From contig OZ059898.1 in NCBI GenBank assembly GCA_964057225.1, forward strand, positions 4,960,001 through 5,024,000: a DNA stretch of 64,000 bases. The letters run 5' to 3'. The notes beneath the pieces were generated by a model. The model was given only the letters and a program-made list of their open reading frames with translations, did not search any database and was not told the DNA's origin. The translations under genes were made by a program, and so were the position numbers. Positions 12,301 through 27,300 of this stretch are shown one piece after another. The stretch comes from Auanema rhodensis (taxonomy: Eukaryota > Animalia > Nematoda). Numbering within the stretch: the stretch's first letter is position 1; the number at the start of each line of letters is the position of its first letter.

Positions 12301-15300
12301 CATCAGCAGCAACATGTTGACCAGAAGCATCAGTTGGAAGTGGACTTCCATCTGGACCAATAACTGGGTAGATAACATTTCCGGATTCATCAGTTGGTAA
12401 TTCCTTTGCTTCGTTGATATCTTCCAATGGTACGTTAACATAACGTCCAGAATTATCTGTAGGGAGAGGTGAACCATCTTCACCCAGTGGGTGACCAGTA
12501 GCATCAGTAGGAATAACTTGGCCATCAGGACCTATATAAGCTTCACTATCATCTGTTGGAAGTGGAGTACCGTCTGGTCCCACTACAGCAATAGGTGCTG
12601 TTTCCGTAACTTCGGCTTTTTCGGCTTCGGAATCTGGTGAACTGGATGGGTAGATGTAGTTTCCGGAAGCATCAGTTGGGAGAACTTCACCATCAGGTCC
12701 GAGTGGTTTTCCTTCTTCGTCAGTTGGAACGATTGAACCGTCAGCAGCAACATGTTGACCAGAAGTATCAGTTGGAAGTGGACTTCCATCTGGACCAATA
12801 ACTGGGTAGATAACATTTCCGGATTCATCAGTTGGTAATTCCTTAGTTGTGGATTCTTCGGAATCTGGGGAACTGGATGGGTAGATGTAGTTTCCGGAAG
12901 CATCAGTAGGGAGAACTTCTCCATCAGGTCCGAGCGGCTTTCCTTCATCATCAGTTGGAACGATTGAACCATCAGCAGCAACATGTTGACCAGAAGCATC
13001 AGTTGGAAGTGGACTTCCGTCTGGACCCACAACTGGGTAGATAACATTTCCTGATTCGTCAGTTGGTAATTCCTTAGTACTTGATTCTTCGGAATCTGGT
13101 GAACTGGATGGGTAGATGTAGTTTCCGGAAGCATCAGTTGGGAGAACTTCACCATTAGATCCGAGTGGTTTTCCTTCATCGTCAGTTGGAACGATTGAAC
13201 CATCAGCAGCAACATGTTGACCAGAAGCATCAGTTGGAAGTGGACTGCCATCTGGGCCAATGACTGGGTAGATAACATTTCCTGATTCGTCGGTTGGTAA
13301 TTCCTTTGCTTTAGTGATATCTTCCATTGGTACATTAACATAACGTCCAGAATTATCTGTAGGGAGAGGTGAACCATCTTCACCCAGTGGGTGACCACTA
13401 GCATCAGTAGGAATAACTTGGCCATCAGGACCTATATAAGCTCCACTATCATCTGTTGGAAGTGGAGTACCGTCTGGTCCCACTATAGCAATAGGTGCTG
13501 TTTCCGTAACTTCGGCTTTTTCGGCTTCGGAATCTGGTGAACTGGATGGGTAGATGTAGTTTCCGGAAGCATCAGTTGGGAGAACTTCACCATCAGGTCC
13601 GAGTGGTTTTCCTTCGTCGTCAGTTGGAATGATTGAACCATCAGCAGCAACATGTTGACCAGAAGCATCAGTTGGAAGTGGACTTCCGTCTGGACCCACA
13701 ACTGGGTAGATAACATTTCCTGATTCGTCAGTTGGTAATTCCTTAGTACTTGATTCTTCGGAATCTGGTGAACTGGATGGGTAGATGTAGTTTCCGGAAG
13801 CATCAGTTGGGAGAACTTCACCATCAGGTCCGAGTGGTTTTCCTTCGTCGTCAGTTGGAACGATTGAACCATCAGCAGCAACATGTTGACCAGAAGCATC
13901 AGTTGGAAGTGGACTTCCGTCTGGACCCACAACTGGGTAGATAACATTTCCTGATTCGTCAGTTGGTAATTCCTTAGTACTTGATTCTTCGGAATCTGGT
14001 GAACTGGATGGGTAGATGTAGTTTCCGGAAGCATCAGTTGGGAGAACTTCACCATCAGGTCCGAGTGGTTTTCCTTCGTCGTCAGTTGGAACGATTGAAC
14101 CATCAGCAGCAACATGTTGACCAGAAGCATCAGTTGGAAGTGGACTTCCGTCTGGACCCACAACTGGGTAGATAACATTTCCTGATTCGTCAGTTGGTAA
14201 TTCCTTAGTACTTGATTCTTCGGAATCTGGTGAACTGGATGGGTAGATGTAGTTTCCGGAAGCATCAGTTGGGAGAACTTCACCATCAGGTCCGAGTGGT
14301 TTTCCTTCGTCGTCAGTTGGAACGATTGAACCATCAGCAGCAACATGTTGACCAGAAGCATCAGTTGGAAGTGGACTTCCGTCTGGACCCACAACTGGGT
14401 AGATAACATTTCCTGATTCGTCAGTTGGTAATTCCTTAGTACTTGATTCTTCGGAATCTGGTGAACTGGATGGGTAGATGTAGTTTCCGGAAGCATCAGT
14501 TGGGAGAACTTCACCATCAGGTCCGACTGGTTTTCCTTCGTCGTCAGTTGGAACGATTGAACCATCAGCAGCAACATGTTGACCAGAAGCATCAGTTGGA
14601 AGTGGACTTCCGTCTGGACCCACAACTGGGTAGATAACATTTCCTGATTCGTCGGTTGGTAATTCCTTTGCTTCAGTGATATCTTCCATTGGTACATTAA
14701 CATAACGTCCAGAATTATCTGTAGGGAGAGGTGAACCATCTTCACCCAGTGGGTGACCACTAGCATCAGTAGGAATAACTTGGCCATCAGGACCTATATA
14801 AGCTCCACTATCATCTGTTGGAAGTGGAGTACCGTCTGGTCCCACTACAGCAATAGGTGCTGTTTCCGTAACCTCGGCTTTTTCGGCTTCGGAATCTGGT
14901 GAACTGGATGGGTAGATGTAGTTTCCGGAAGCATCAGTTGGGAGAACTTCTCCATCAGGTCCGAGTGGTTTTCCTTCGTCGTCAGTTGGAACGATTGAAC
15001 CATCAGCAGCAACATGTTGACGAGAAGCATCAGTTGGAAGTGGACTTCCGTCTGGACCCACAACTGGGTAGATAACATTTCCTGATTCGTCAGTTGGTAA
15101 TTCCTTAGTACTTGATTCTTCGGAATCTGGTGAACTGGATGGGTAGATGTAGTTTCCGGAAGCATCAGTTGGGAGAACTTCACCATCAGGTCCGAGTGGT
15201 TTTCCTTCGTCGTCAGTTGGAACGATTGAACCATCAGCAGCAACATGTTGACCAGAAGCATCAGTTGGAAGTGGACTTCCGTCTGGACCCACAACTGGGT

Positions 15301-18300
15301 AGATAACATTTCCTGATTCATCAGTTGGTAATTCCTTAGTACTTGATTCTTCGGAATCTGGTGAACTGGATGGGTAGATGTAGTTTCCGGAAGCATCAGT
15401 TGGGAGAACTTCACCATCAGGTCCGAGTGGTTTTCCTTCGTCGTCAGTTCGAACGATTGAACCATCAGCAGCAACATGTTGACCAGAAGCATCAGTTGGA
15501 AGTGGTCTTCCGTCTGGATCCACAACTGGGTAGATAACATTTCCTGATTCGTCAGTTGGTAATTCCTTTGCTTCAGTGATATCTTCCATTGGTACATTAA
15601 CATAACGTCCAGAATTATCTGTAGGGAGAGGTGAACCATCTTCACCCAGTGGGTGACCACTAGCATCAGTAGGAATAACTTGGCCATCAGGACCTATATA
15701 AGCTCCACTATCATCTGTTGGAAGTGGAGTACCGTCTGGTCCCACTACAGCAATAGGTGCTGTTTCCGTAACTTCGGCTTTTTCAGCTTCGGAATCTGGT
15801 GAACTGGATGGGTAGATGTAGTTTCCGGAAGCATCAGTTGGGAGAACTTCACCATCAGGTCCGAGTGGTTTTCCTTCATCGTCAGTTGGAACGATTGAAC
15901 CATCAGCAGCAACATGTTGACCAGAAGCATCAGTTGGAAGTGGACTGCCATCTGGGCCAATGACTGGGTAGATAACATTTCCTGATTCGTCAGTTGGTAA
16001 TTCCTTTGTTTCGTTGATATCTTCCAATGGTACGTTAACATAACGTCCAGAATTATCTGTAGGGAGAGGTGAACCATCTTCACCCAGTGGGTGACCACTA
16101 GCATCAGTAGGAATAACTTGGCCATCAGGACCTATATAAGCTCCACTATCATCTGTTGGAAGGGGAGTACCGTCTGGTCCCAATACAGCAATAGGTGCTG
16201 TTTCCGTAACTTCGCCTTTTTCGGCTTCGGAATCTGGTGAACTGGATGGGTAGATGTAGTTTCCGGAAGCATCAGTTGGGAGAACTTCTCCATCAGGTCC
16301 GAGTGGTTTTCCTTCGTCGTCAGTTGGAACGATTGAACCATCAGCAGCAACATGTTGACCAGAAGCATCAGTTGGAAGTGGACTTCCGTCTGGACCCACA
16401 ACTGGGTAGATAACATTTCCTGATTCGTCAGTTGGTAATTCCTTAGTACTTGATTCTTCGGAATCTGGTGAACTGGATGGGTAGATGTAGTTTCCGGAAG
16501 CATCAGTTGGGAGAACTTCACCATCAGGTCCGACTGGTTTTCCTTCGTCGTCAGTTGGAACGATTGAACCATCAGCAGCAACATGTTGACCAGAAGCATC
16601 AGTTGGAAGTGGACTTCCGTCTGGACCCACAACTGGGTAGATAACATTTCCTGATTCGTCAGTTGGTAATTCCTTAGTACTTGATTCTTCGGAATCTGGT
16701 GAACTGGATGGGTAGATGTAGTTTCCGGAAGCATCAGTTGGGAGAACTTCTCCATCAGGTCCGAGCGGCTTTCCTTCATCATCAGTTGGAACGATTGAAC
16801 CATCAGCAGCAACATGTTGACCAGAAGCATCAGTTGGAAGTGGACTTCCGTCTGGACCCACAACTGGGTAGATAACATTTCGTGATTCGTCAGTTGGTGA
16901 TTCCTTCGTAGTTGATTCTTCGGAATCTGATGAACCGGATGGGTAGATGTAGTTTCCGGAAGCATCAGTTGGGAGAACTTCACCATCAGGTCCGAGTGGT
17001 TTTCCTTCGTCGTCAGTTGGAACGATTGAACCATCAGCAGCAACATGTTGACCAGAAGCATCAGTTGGAAGTGGACTTCCGTCTGGACCCACAACTGGGT
17101 AGATAACATTTCCTGATTCATCAGTTGGTAATTCCTTAGTACTTGATTCTTCGGAATCTGGTGAACTGGATGGGTAGATGTAGTTTCCGGAAGCATCAGT
17201 TGGGAGAACTTCACCATCAGGTCCGAGTGGTTTTCCTTCGTCGTCAGTTCGAACGATTGAACCATCAGCAGCAACATGTTGACCAGAATCATCAGTTGGA
17301 AGTGGACTTCCGTCTGGACCCACAACTGGGTAGATAACATTTCCTGATTCGTCAGTTGGTAATTCCTTTGCTTCAGTGATACCTTCCATTGGTACATTAA
17401 CATAACGTCCAGAATTATCTGTAGGGAGAGGTGAACCATCTTCACCCAGTGGGTGACCACTAGCATCAGTAGGAATAACTTGGCCATCAGGACCTATATA
17501 AGCTCCACTATCATCTGTTGGAAGTGGAGTACCGTCTGGTCCCACTACAGCAATAGGTGCTGTGTCCGTAACTTCGGCTTTTTCGGCTTCGGAATCTGGT
17601 GAACTGGATGGGTAGATGTAGTTTCCGGAAGCATCAGTTGGGAGAACTTCACCATCAGATCCGAGTGGTTTTCCTTCATCGTCAGTTGGAACGATTGAAC
17701 CATCAGCAGCAACATGTTGACCAGACGCATCAGTTGGAAGTGGACTGCCATCTGGGCCAATGACTGGGTAGATAACATTTCCTGATTCGTCAGTTGGTAA
17801 TTCCTTTGCTTCGTTGATATCTTCCAATGGTACGTTAACATAACGTCCAGAATTATCTGTAGGGAGAGGTGAACCATCTTCACCCAGTGGGTGACCACTA
17901 GCATCAGTAGGAATAACTTGGTCATCACGACCTATATAAGCTCCACTATCATCTGTTGGAAGTGGAGTACCGTCTGGTCCCACTACAGCAATAGGTGCTG
18001 TTTCCGTAACTTCGGCTTTTTCGGCTTCGGAATCTGGTGAACTGGATGGGTAGATGTAGTTTCCGGAAGCATCAGTTGGGAGAACTTCACCATCAGGTCC
18101 GAGTGGTTTTCCTTCGTCGTCAGTTGGAACGATTGAACCATCAGCAGTAACATGTTGACCAGAAGCATCAGTTGGAAGTGGACTTCCATCTGGTCCAACA
18201 ACTGGGTAGATAACATTTCCTGATTCGTCAGTTGGTAATTCCTTAGTACTTGATTCTTCGGAATCTGGTGAACTGGATGGGTAGATGTAGTTTCCGGAAG

Positions 18301-21300
18301 CATCAGTTGGGAGAACTTCTCCATCAGGTCCGAGCGGCTTTCCTTCATCATCAGTTGGAACGATTGAACCATCAGCAGCAACATGTTGACCAGAAGCATC
18401 AGTTGGAAGTGGACTTCCGTCTGGACCCACAACTGGGTAGATAACAATTCCTGATTCGTCAGTTGGTAATTCCTTAGTACTTGATTCTTCGGAATCTGGT
18501 GAACTGGATGGGTAGATGTAGTTTCCGGAAGCATCAGTTGGGAGAACTTCTCCATCAGGTCCGAGCGGCTTTCCTTCATCATTAGTTGGAACGATTGAAC
18601 CATCAGCAGCAACATGTTGACCAGAAGCATCAGTTGGAAGTGGACTTCCATCTGGACCAATAACTGGGTAGATAACATTTCCTGATTCGTCAGTTGGTAA
18701 TTCCTTAGTACTTGATTCTTCGGAATCTGGTGAACTGGATGGGTAGATGTAGTTTCCGGAAGCATCAGTTGGGAGAACTTCTCCATCAGGTCCGAGCGGC
18801 TTTCCTTCATCATCAGTTGGAACGATTGAACCATCAGCAGCAACATGTTGACCAGAAGCATCAGTTGGAAGTGGACTTCCGTCTGGACCCACAACTGGGT
18901 AGATAACATTTCCTGATTCGTCAGTTGGTAATTCCTTAGTACTTGATTCTTCGGAATCTGGTGAACTGGATGGGTAGATGTAGTTTCCGGAAGCATCAGT
19001 TGGGAGAACTTCACCATCAGGTCCGAGTGGTTTTCCTTCGTCGTCAGTTGGAACGATTGAACCATCAGCAGCAACATGTTGACCAGAAGCATCAGTTGGA
19101 AGTGGACTTCCGTCTGGACCCACAACTGGGTAGATAACATTTCCTGATTCGTCAGTTGGTAATTCCTTAGTACTTGATTCTTCGGAATCTGGTGAACTGG
19201 ATGGGTAGATGTAGTTTCCGGAAGCATCAGTTGGGAGAACATCACCATCAGATCCGAGTGGTTTTCCTTCATCGTCAGTTGGAACGATTGAACCATCAGC
19301 AGCAACATGTTGACCAGAAGCATCAGTTGGAAGTGGACTTCCATCTGGACCAATAACTGGGTAGATAACATTTCCTGATTCGTCAGTTGGTAATTCCTTA
19401 GTACTTGATTCTTCGGAATCTGGTGAACTGGATGGGTAGATGTAGTTTCCGGAAGCATCAGTTGGGAGAACTTCTCCATCAGGTCCGAGCGGCTTTCCTT
19501 CATCATCAGTTGGAACGATTGAACCATCAGCAGCAACATGTTGACCAGAAGCATCAGTTGGAAGTGGACTTCCATCTGGACCAATAACTGGGTAGATAAC
19601 ATTTCCTGATTCGTCAGTTGGTAATTCCTTAGTACTTGATTCTTCGGAATCTGGTGAACTGGATGGGTAGATGTAGTTTCCGGAAGCATCAGTTGGGAGA
19701 ACTTCTCCATCAGGTCCGAGCGGCTTTCCTTCATCATCAGTTGGAACGATTGAACCATCAGCAGCAACATGTTGACCAGAAGCATCAGTTGGAAGTGGAC
19801 TTCCGTCTGGACCCACAACTGGGTAGATAACATTTCCTGATTCGTCAGTTGGTAATTCCTTAGTACTTGATTCTTCGGAATCTGGTGAACTGGATGGGTA
19901 GATGTAGTTTCCGGAAGCATCAGTTGGGAGAACTTCACCATCAGGTCCGAGTGGTTTTCCTTCGTCGTCAGTTGGAACGATTGAACTATCAGCAGCAACA
20001 TGTTGACCAGAAGCATCAGTTGGAAGTGGACTTCCGTCTGGACCCACAACTGGGTAGATAACATTTCCTGATTCGTCAGTTGGTAATTCCTTAGTACTTG
20101 ATTCTTCGGAATCTGGTGAACTGGATGGGTAGATGTAGTTTCCGGAAGCATCAGTTGGGAGAACTTCTCCATCAGGTCCGAGCGGCTTTCCTTCATCATC
20201 AGTTGGAACGATTGAACCATCAGCAGCAACATGTTGACCAGAAGCATCAGTTGGAAGTGGACTTCCGTCTGGACCCACAACTGGGTAGATAACATTTCCT
20301 GATTCGTCAGTTGGTGATTCCTTCGTAGTTGATTCTTCGGAATCTGGTGAACTGGATGGGTAGATGTAGTTTCCGGAAGCATCAGTTGGGAGAACTTCAC
20401 CATCAGGTCCGAGTGGTTTTCCTTCGTCGTCAGTTGGAACGATTGAACCATCAGCAGCAACATGTTGACCAGAAGCATCAGTTGGAAGTGGACTTCCGTC
20501 TGGACCCACAACTGGGTAGATAACATTTCCTGATTCGTCAGTTGGTAATTCCTTTGCTTCAGTGATATCTTCCATTGGTACATTAACATAACGTCCAGAA
20601 TTATCTGTAGGGAGAGGTGAACCATCTTCACCCAGTGGGTGACCACTAGCATCAGTAGGAATAACTTGGCCATCAGGACCTATATAAGCTCCACTATCAT
20701 CTGTTGGAAGTGGAGTACCGTCTGGTCCCACTACAGCAATAGGTGCTGTTTCCGTAACTTCGGCTTTTTCGGCTTCGGAATCTGGTGAACTGGATGGGTA
20801 GATGTAGTTTCCGGAAGCATCAGTTGGGAGAACATCACCATCAGATCCGAGTGGTTTTCCTTCATCGTCAGTTGGAACGATTGAACCATCAGCAGCAACA
20901 TGTTGACCAGAAGCATCAGTTGGAAGTGGACTTCCATCTGGACCAATAACTGGGTAGATAACATTTCCTGATTCGTCAGTTGGTAATTCCTTAGTACTTG
21001 ATTCTTCGGAATCTGGTGAACTGGATGGGTAGATGTAGTTTCCGGAAGCATCAGTTGGGAGAACTTCACCATCAGGTCCGAGTGGTTTTCCTTCGTCGTC
21101 AGTTGGAACGATTGAACCATCAGCAGCAACATGTTGACCAGAAGCATCAGTTGGAAGTGGACTTCCGTCTGGTCCAACAACTGGGTAGATAACATTTCCT
21201 GATTCGTCAGTTGGTAATTCCTTAGTACTTGATTCTTCGGAATCTGGTGAACTGGATGGGTAGATGTAGTTTCCGGAAGCATCAGTTGGGAGAACTTCAC

Positions 21301-24300
21301 CATCAGGTCCGAGTGGTTTTCCTTCGTCGTCAGTTGGAACGATTGAACCATCAGCAGCAACATGTTGACCAGAAGCATCAGTTGGAAGTGGACTTCCGTC
21401 TGGACCCACAACTGGGTAGATAACATTTCCTGATTCGTCAGTTGGTGATTCCTTCGTAGTTGATTCTTCGGAATCTGGTGAACTGGATGGGTAGATGTAG
21501 TTTCCGGAAGCATCAGTTGGGAGAACTTCACCATCAGGTCCGAGTGGTTTTCCTTCGTCGTCAGTTGGAACGATTGAACCATCAGCAGCAACATGTTGAC
21601 CAGAAGCATCAGTTGGAAGTGGACTTCCATCTGGACCAATAACTGGGTAGATAACATTTCCTGATTCGTCAGTTGGTAATTCCTTAGTACTTGATTCTTC
21701 GGAATCTGGTGAACTGGATGGGTAGATGTAGTTTCCGGAAGCATCAGTTGGGAGAACTTCTCCATCAGGTCCGAGCGGCTTTCCTTCATCATCAGTTGGA
21801 ACGATTGAACCATCAGCAGCAACATGTTGACCAGAAGCATCAGTTGGAAGTGGACTTCCATCTGGACCAATAACTGGGTAGATAACATTTCCTGATTCGT
21901 CAGTTGGTAATTCCTTAGTACTTGATTCTTCGGAATCTGGTGAACTGGATGGGTAGATGTAGTTTCCGGAAGCATCAGTTGGGAGAACTTCTCCATCAGG
22001 TCCGAGCGGCTTTCCTTCATCATCAGTTGAAACGATTGAACCATCAGCAGCAACATGTTGACCAGAAGCATCAGTTGGAAGTGGACTTCCGTCTGGACCC
22101 ACAACTGGGTAGATAACATTTCCTGATTCGTCAGTTGGTAATTCCTTAGTACTTGATTCTTCGGAATCTGGTGAACTGGATGGGTAGATGTAGTTTCCGG
22201 AAGCATCAGTTGGGAGAACTTCTCCATCAGGTCCGAGCGGCTTTCCTTCATCATCAGTTGGAACGATTGAACCATCAGCAGCAACATGTTGACCAGAAGC
22301 ATCAGTTGGAAGTGGACTTCCGTCTGGACCCACAACTGGGTAGATAACATTTCCTGATTCGTCAGTTGGTGATTCCTTCGTAGTTGATTCTTCGGAATCT
22401 GGTGAACTGGATGGGTAGATGTAGTTTCCGGAAGCATCAGTTGGGAGAACTTCACCATCAGGTCCGAGTGGTTTTCCTTCGTCGTCAGTTGGAACGATTG
22501 AACCATCAGCAGCAACATGTTGACCAGAAGCATCAGTTGGAAGTGGACTTCCGTCTGGACCCACAACTGGGTAGATAACATTTCCTGATTCGTCAGTTGG
22601 TAATTCCTTTGCTTCAGTGATATCTTCCATTGGTACATTAACATAACGTCCAGAATTATCTGTAGGGAGAGGTGAACCATCTTCACCCAGTGGGTGACCA
22701 CTAGCATCAGTAGGAATAACTTGGCCATCAGGACCTATATAAGCTCCACTATCATCTGTTGGAAGTGGAGTACCGTCTGGTCCCACTACAGCAATAGGTG
22801 CTGTTTCCGTAACTTTGGCTTTTTCGGCTTCGGAATCTGGTGAACTGGATGGGTAAATGTAGTTTCCGGAAGCATCAGTTGGGAGAACTTCACCATCAGG
22901 TCCGAGTGGTTTTCCTTCGTCGTCAGTTGGAACGATTGAACCATCAGCAGCAACATGTTGACCAGAAGCATCAGTTGGAAGTGGACTTCCGTCTGGACCC
23001 ACAACTGGGTAGATAACATTTCCTGATTCGTCAGTTGGTAATTCCTTTGCTTCAGTGATATCTTCCATTGGTACATTAACATAACGTCCAGAATTATCTG
23101 TAGGGAGAGGTGAACCATCTTCACCCAGTGGGTGACCACTAGCATCAGTAGGAATAACTTGGCCATCAGGACCTATATAAGCTCCACTATCATCTGTTGG
23201 AAGTGGAGTACCGTCTGGTCCCACTACAGCAATAGGTGCTGTTTCCGTAACTTCGGCTTTTTCGGCTTCGGAATCTGGTGAACTGGATGGGTAGATGTAG
23301 TTTCCGGAAGCATCAGTTGGGAGAACATCACCATCAGATCCGAGTGGTTTTCCTTCATCGTCAGTTGGAACGATTGAACCATCAGCAGCAACATGTTGAC
23401 CAGAAGCATCAGTTGGAAGTGGACTTCCATCTGGACCAATAACTGGGTAGATAACATTTCCTGATTCGTCAGTTGGTAATTCCTTAGTACTTGATTCTTC
23501 GGAATCTGGTGAACTGGATGGGTAGATGTAGTTTCCGGAAGCATCAGTTGAGAGAACTTCACCATCAGGTCCGAGTGGTTTTCCTTCGTCGTCAGTTGGA
23601 ACGATTGAACCATCAGCAGCAACATGTTGACCAGAAGCATCAGTTGGAAGTGGACTTCCATCTGGTCGAACAACTGGGTAGATAACATTTCCTGATTCGT
23701 CAGTTGGTAATTCCTTAGTACTTGATTCTTCGGAATCTGGTGAACTGGATGGGTAGATGTAGTTTCCGGAAGCATCAGTTGGGAGAACTTCACCATCAGG
23801 TCCGAGTGGTTTTCCTTCGTCGTCAGTTGGAACGATTGAACCATCAGCAGCAACATGTTGACCAGAAGCATCAGTTGGAAGTGGACTTCCGTCTGGACCC
23901 ACAACTGGGTAGATAACATTTCCTGATTCGTCAGTTGGTAATTCCTTATCACTTGATTCTTCGGAATCTGGTGAACTGGATGGGTAGATGTAGTTTCCGG
24001 AAGCATCCGTTGGGAGAACTTCACCATCAGGTCCGAGTGGTTTTCCTTCGTCGTCAGTTGGAACGATTGAACCATCAGCAGCAACATGTTGACCAGAAGC
24101 ATCAGTTGGAAGTGGACTTCCATCTGGACCCACAACTGGGTAGATAACATTTCCTGATTCATCAGTTGGTAATTCCTTTGCTTCAGTGATATCTTCCATT
24201 GGTACATTAACATAACGTCCAGAATTATCTGTAGGGAGAGGTGAACCATCTTCACCCAGTGGGTGACCACTAGCATCAGTAGGAATAACTTGGCCATCAG

Positions 24301-27300
24301 GACCTATATAAGCTCCACTATCATCTGTTGGAAGTGGAGTACCGTCTGGTCCCACTACAGCAATAGGTGCTGTTTCCGTAACTTCGGCTTTTTCGGCTTC
24401 GGAATCTGGTGAACTGGATGGGTAGATGTAGTTTCCGGAAGCATCAGTTGGGAGAACTTCACCATCAGGTCCGAGTGGTTTTCCTTCGTCGTCAGTTGGA
24501 ACGATTGAACCATCAGCAGCAACATGTTGACCAGAAGCATCAGTTGGAAGTGGACTTCCATCTGGACCCACAACTGGGTAGATGACATTTCCGGATTCGT
24601 CTGTAGGCAATTGCTCAGTAGCAGATTCGACAGAATCTGGTGAACTGGATGGGTAGATATAGTTACCCAAAGCATCGGTAGGGAGCACTTCTCCATCAGG
24701 TCCGAGCGGCTTTCCTTCATCATCAGTTGGAACGATTGAACCATCAGCAGCAACATGTTGACCAGAAGCATCAGTTGGAAGTGGACTTCCATCTGGTCCA
24801 ACAACTGGGTAGATAACATTTCCTGATTCGTCAGTTGGTAATTCCTTAGTACTTGATTCTTCGGAATCTGGTGAACTGGATGGGTAGATGTAGTTTCCGG
24901 AAGCATCAGTTGAGAGAACTTCACCATCAGGTCCGAGTGGTTTTCCTTCGTCGTCAGTTGGAACGATTGAACCATCAGCAGCAACATGTTGACCAGAAGC
25001 ATCAGTTGGAAGTGGACTTCCATCTGGTCCAACAACTGGGTAGATAACATTTCCTGATTCATCAGTTGGTAATTCCTTAGTACTTGATTCTTCGGAATCT
25101 GGTGAACTGGATGGGTAGATGTAGTTTCCGGAAGCATCAGTTGGGAGAACTTCACCATCAGGTCCGAGTGGTTTTCTTTCGTCGTCAGTTGGAACGATTG
25201 AACCATCAGCAGCAACATGTTGACCAGAAGCATCAGTTGGAAGTGGACTTCCGTCTGGACCCACAACTGGGTAGATAACATTTCCTGATTCATCAGTTGG
25301 TAATTCCTTAGTACTTGATTCTTCGGAATCTGGTGAACTGGATGGGTAGATGTAGTTTCCGGAAGCATCAGTTGGGAGAACTTCACCATCAGGTCCGAGT
25401 GGTTTTCCTTCGTCGTCAGTTGGAACGATTGAACCATCAGCAGCAACATGTTGACCAGAAGCATCAGTTGGAAGTGGACTTCCATCTGGTCCAACAACTG
25501 GGTAGATAACATTTCCTGATTCATCAGTTGGTAATTCCTTAGTACTTGATTCTTCGGAATCTGGTGAACTGGATGGGTAGATGTAGTTTCCGGAAGCATC
25601 AGTTGGGAGAACTTCACCATCAGGTCCGAGTGGTTTTCCTTCGTCGTCAGTTGGAACGATTGAACCATCAGCAGCAACATGTTGACCAGAAGCATCAGTT
25701 GGAAGTGGACTTCCATCTGGTCCAACAACTGGGTAGATAACATTTCCTGATTCATCAGTTGGTAATTCCTTAGTACTTGATTCTTCGGAATCTGGTGAAC
25801 TGGATGGGTAGATGTAGTTTCCGGAAGCATCAGTTGGGAGAACTTCACCATCAGGTCCGAGTGGTTTTCTTTCGTCGTCAGTAGGAACGATTGAACCATC
25901 AGCAGCAACATGTTGACCAGAAGCATCAGTTGGAAGTGGACTTCCGTCTGGACCCACAACTGGGTAGATAACATTTCCTGATTCATCAGTTGGTAATTCC
26001 TTAGTACTTGATTCTTCGGAATCTGGTGAACTGGATGGGTAGATGTAGTTTCCGGAAGCATCAGTTGGGAGAACTTCACCATCAGGTCCGAGTGGTTTTC
26101 CTTCGTCGTCAGTTGGAACGATTGAACCATCAGCAGCAACATGTTGACCAGAAGCATCAGTTGGAAGTGGACTTCCATCTGGTCCAACAACTGGGTAGAT
26201 AACATTTCCTGATTCATCAGTTGGTAATTCCTTAGTACTTGATTCTTCGGAATCTGGTGAACTGGATGGGTAGATGTAGTTTCCGGAAGCATCAGTTGGG
26301 AGAACTTCACCATCAGGTCCGAGTGGTTTTCCTTCGTCGTCAGTTGGAACGATTGAACCATCAGCAGCAACATGTTGACCAGAAGCATCAGTTGGAAGTG
26401 GACTTCCATCTGGTCCAACAACTGGGTAGATAACATTTCCTGATTCATCAGTTGGTAATTCCTTTGCTTCAGTGATATCTTCCATTGGTACATTAACATA
26501 ACGTCCAGAATTATCTGTAGGGAGAGGTGAACCATCTTGACCAAGTGGGTGACCACTAGCATCAGTAGGAATAACTTGGCCATCAGGACCTATATAAGCT
26601 CCACTATCATCTGTTGGAAGTGGAGTACCGTCTGGTCCCACTACAGCAATAGGTGCTGTTTCCGTAACTTCGGCTTTTTCGGCTTCGGAATCTGGTGAAC
26701 TGGATGGGTAGATGTAGTTTCCGGAAGCATCAGTTGGGAGAACTTCACCATCAGGTCCGAGTGGTTTTCCTTCGTCGTCAGTTGGAACGATTGAACCATC
26801 AGCAGCAACATGTTGACCAGAAGCATCAGTTGGAAGTGGACTTCCGTCTGGACCCACAACTGGGTAGATAACATTTCCTGATTCATCAGTTGGTAATTCC
26901 TTAGTACTTGATTCTTCGGAATCTGGTGAACTGGATGGGTAGATGTAGTTTCCGGAAGCATCAGTTGGGAGAACTTCACCATCAGGTCCGAGTGGTTTTC
27001 CTTCGTCGTCAGTTGGAACGATTGAACCATCAGCAGCAACATGTTGACCAGAAGCATCAGTTGGAAGTGGACTCCCATCTGGTCCAACAACTGGGTAGAT
27101 AACATTTCCTGATTCATCAGTTGGTAATTCCTTAGTACTTGATTCTTCGGAATCTGGTGAACTGGATGGGTAGATGTAGTTTCCGGAAGCATCAGTTGGG
27201 AGAACTTCACCATCAGGTCCGAGTGGTTTTCCTTCGTCGTCAGTTGGAACGATTGAACCATCAGCAGCAACATGTTGACCAGAAGCATCAGTTGGAAGTG

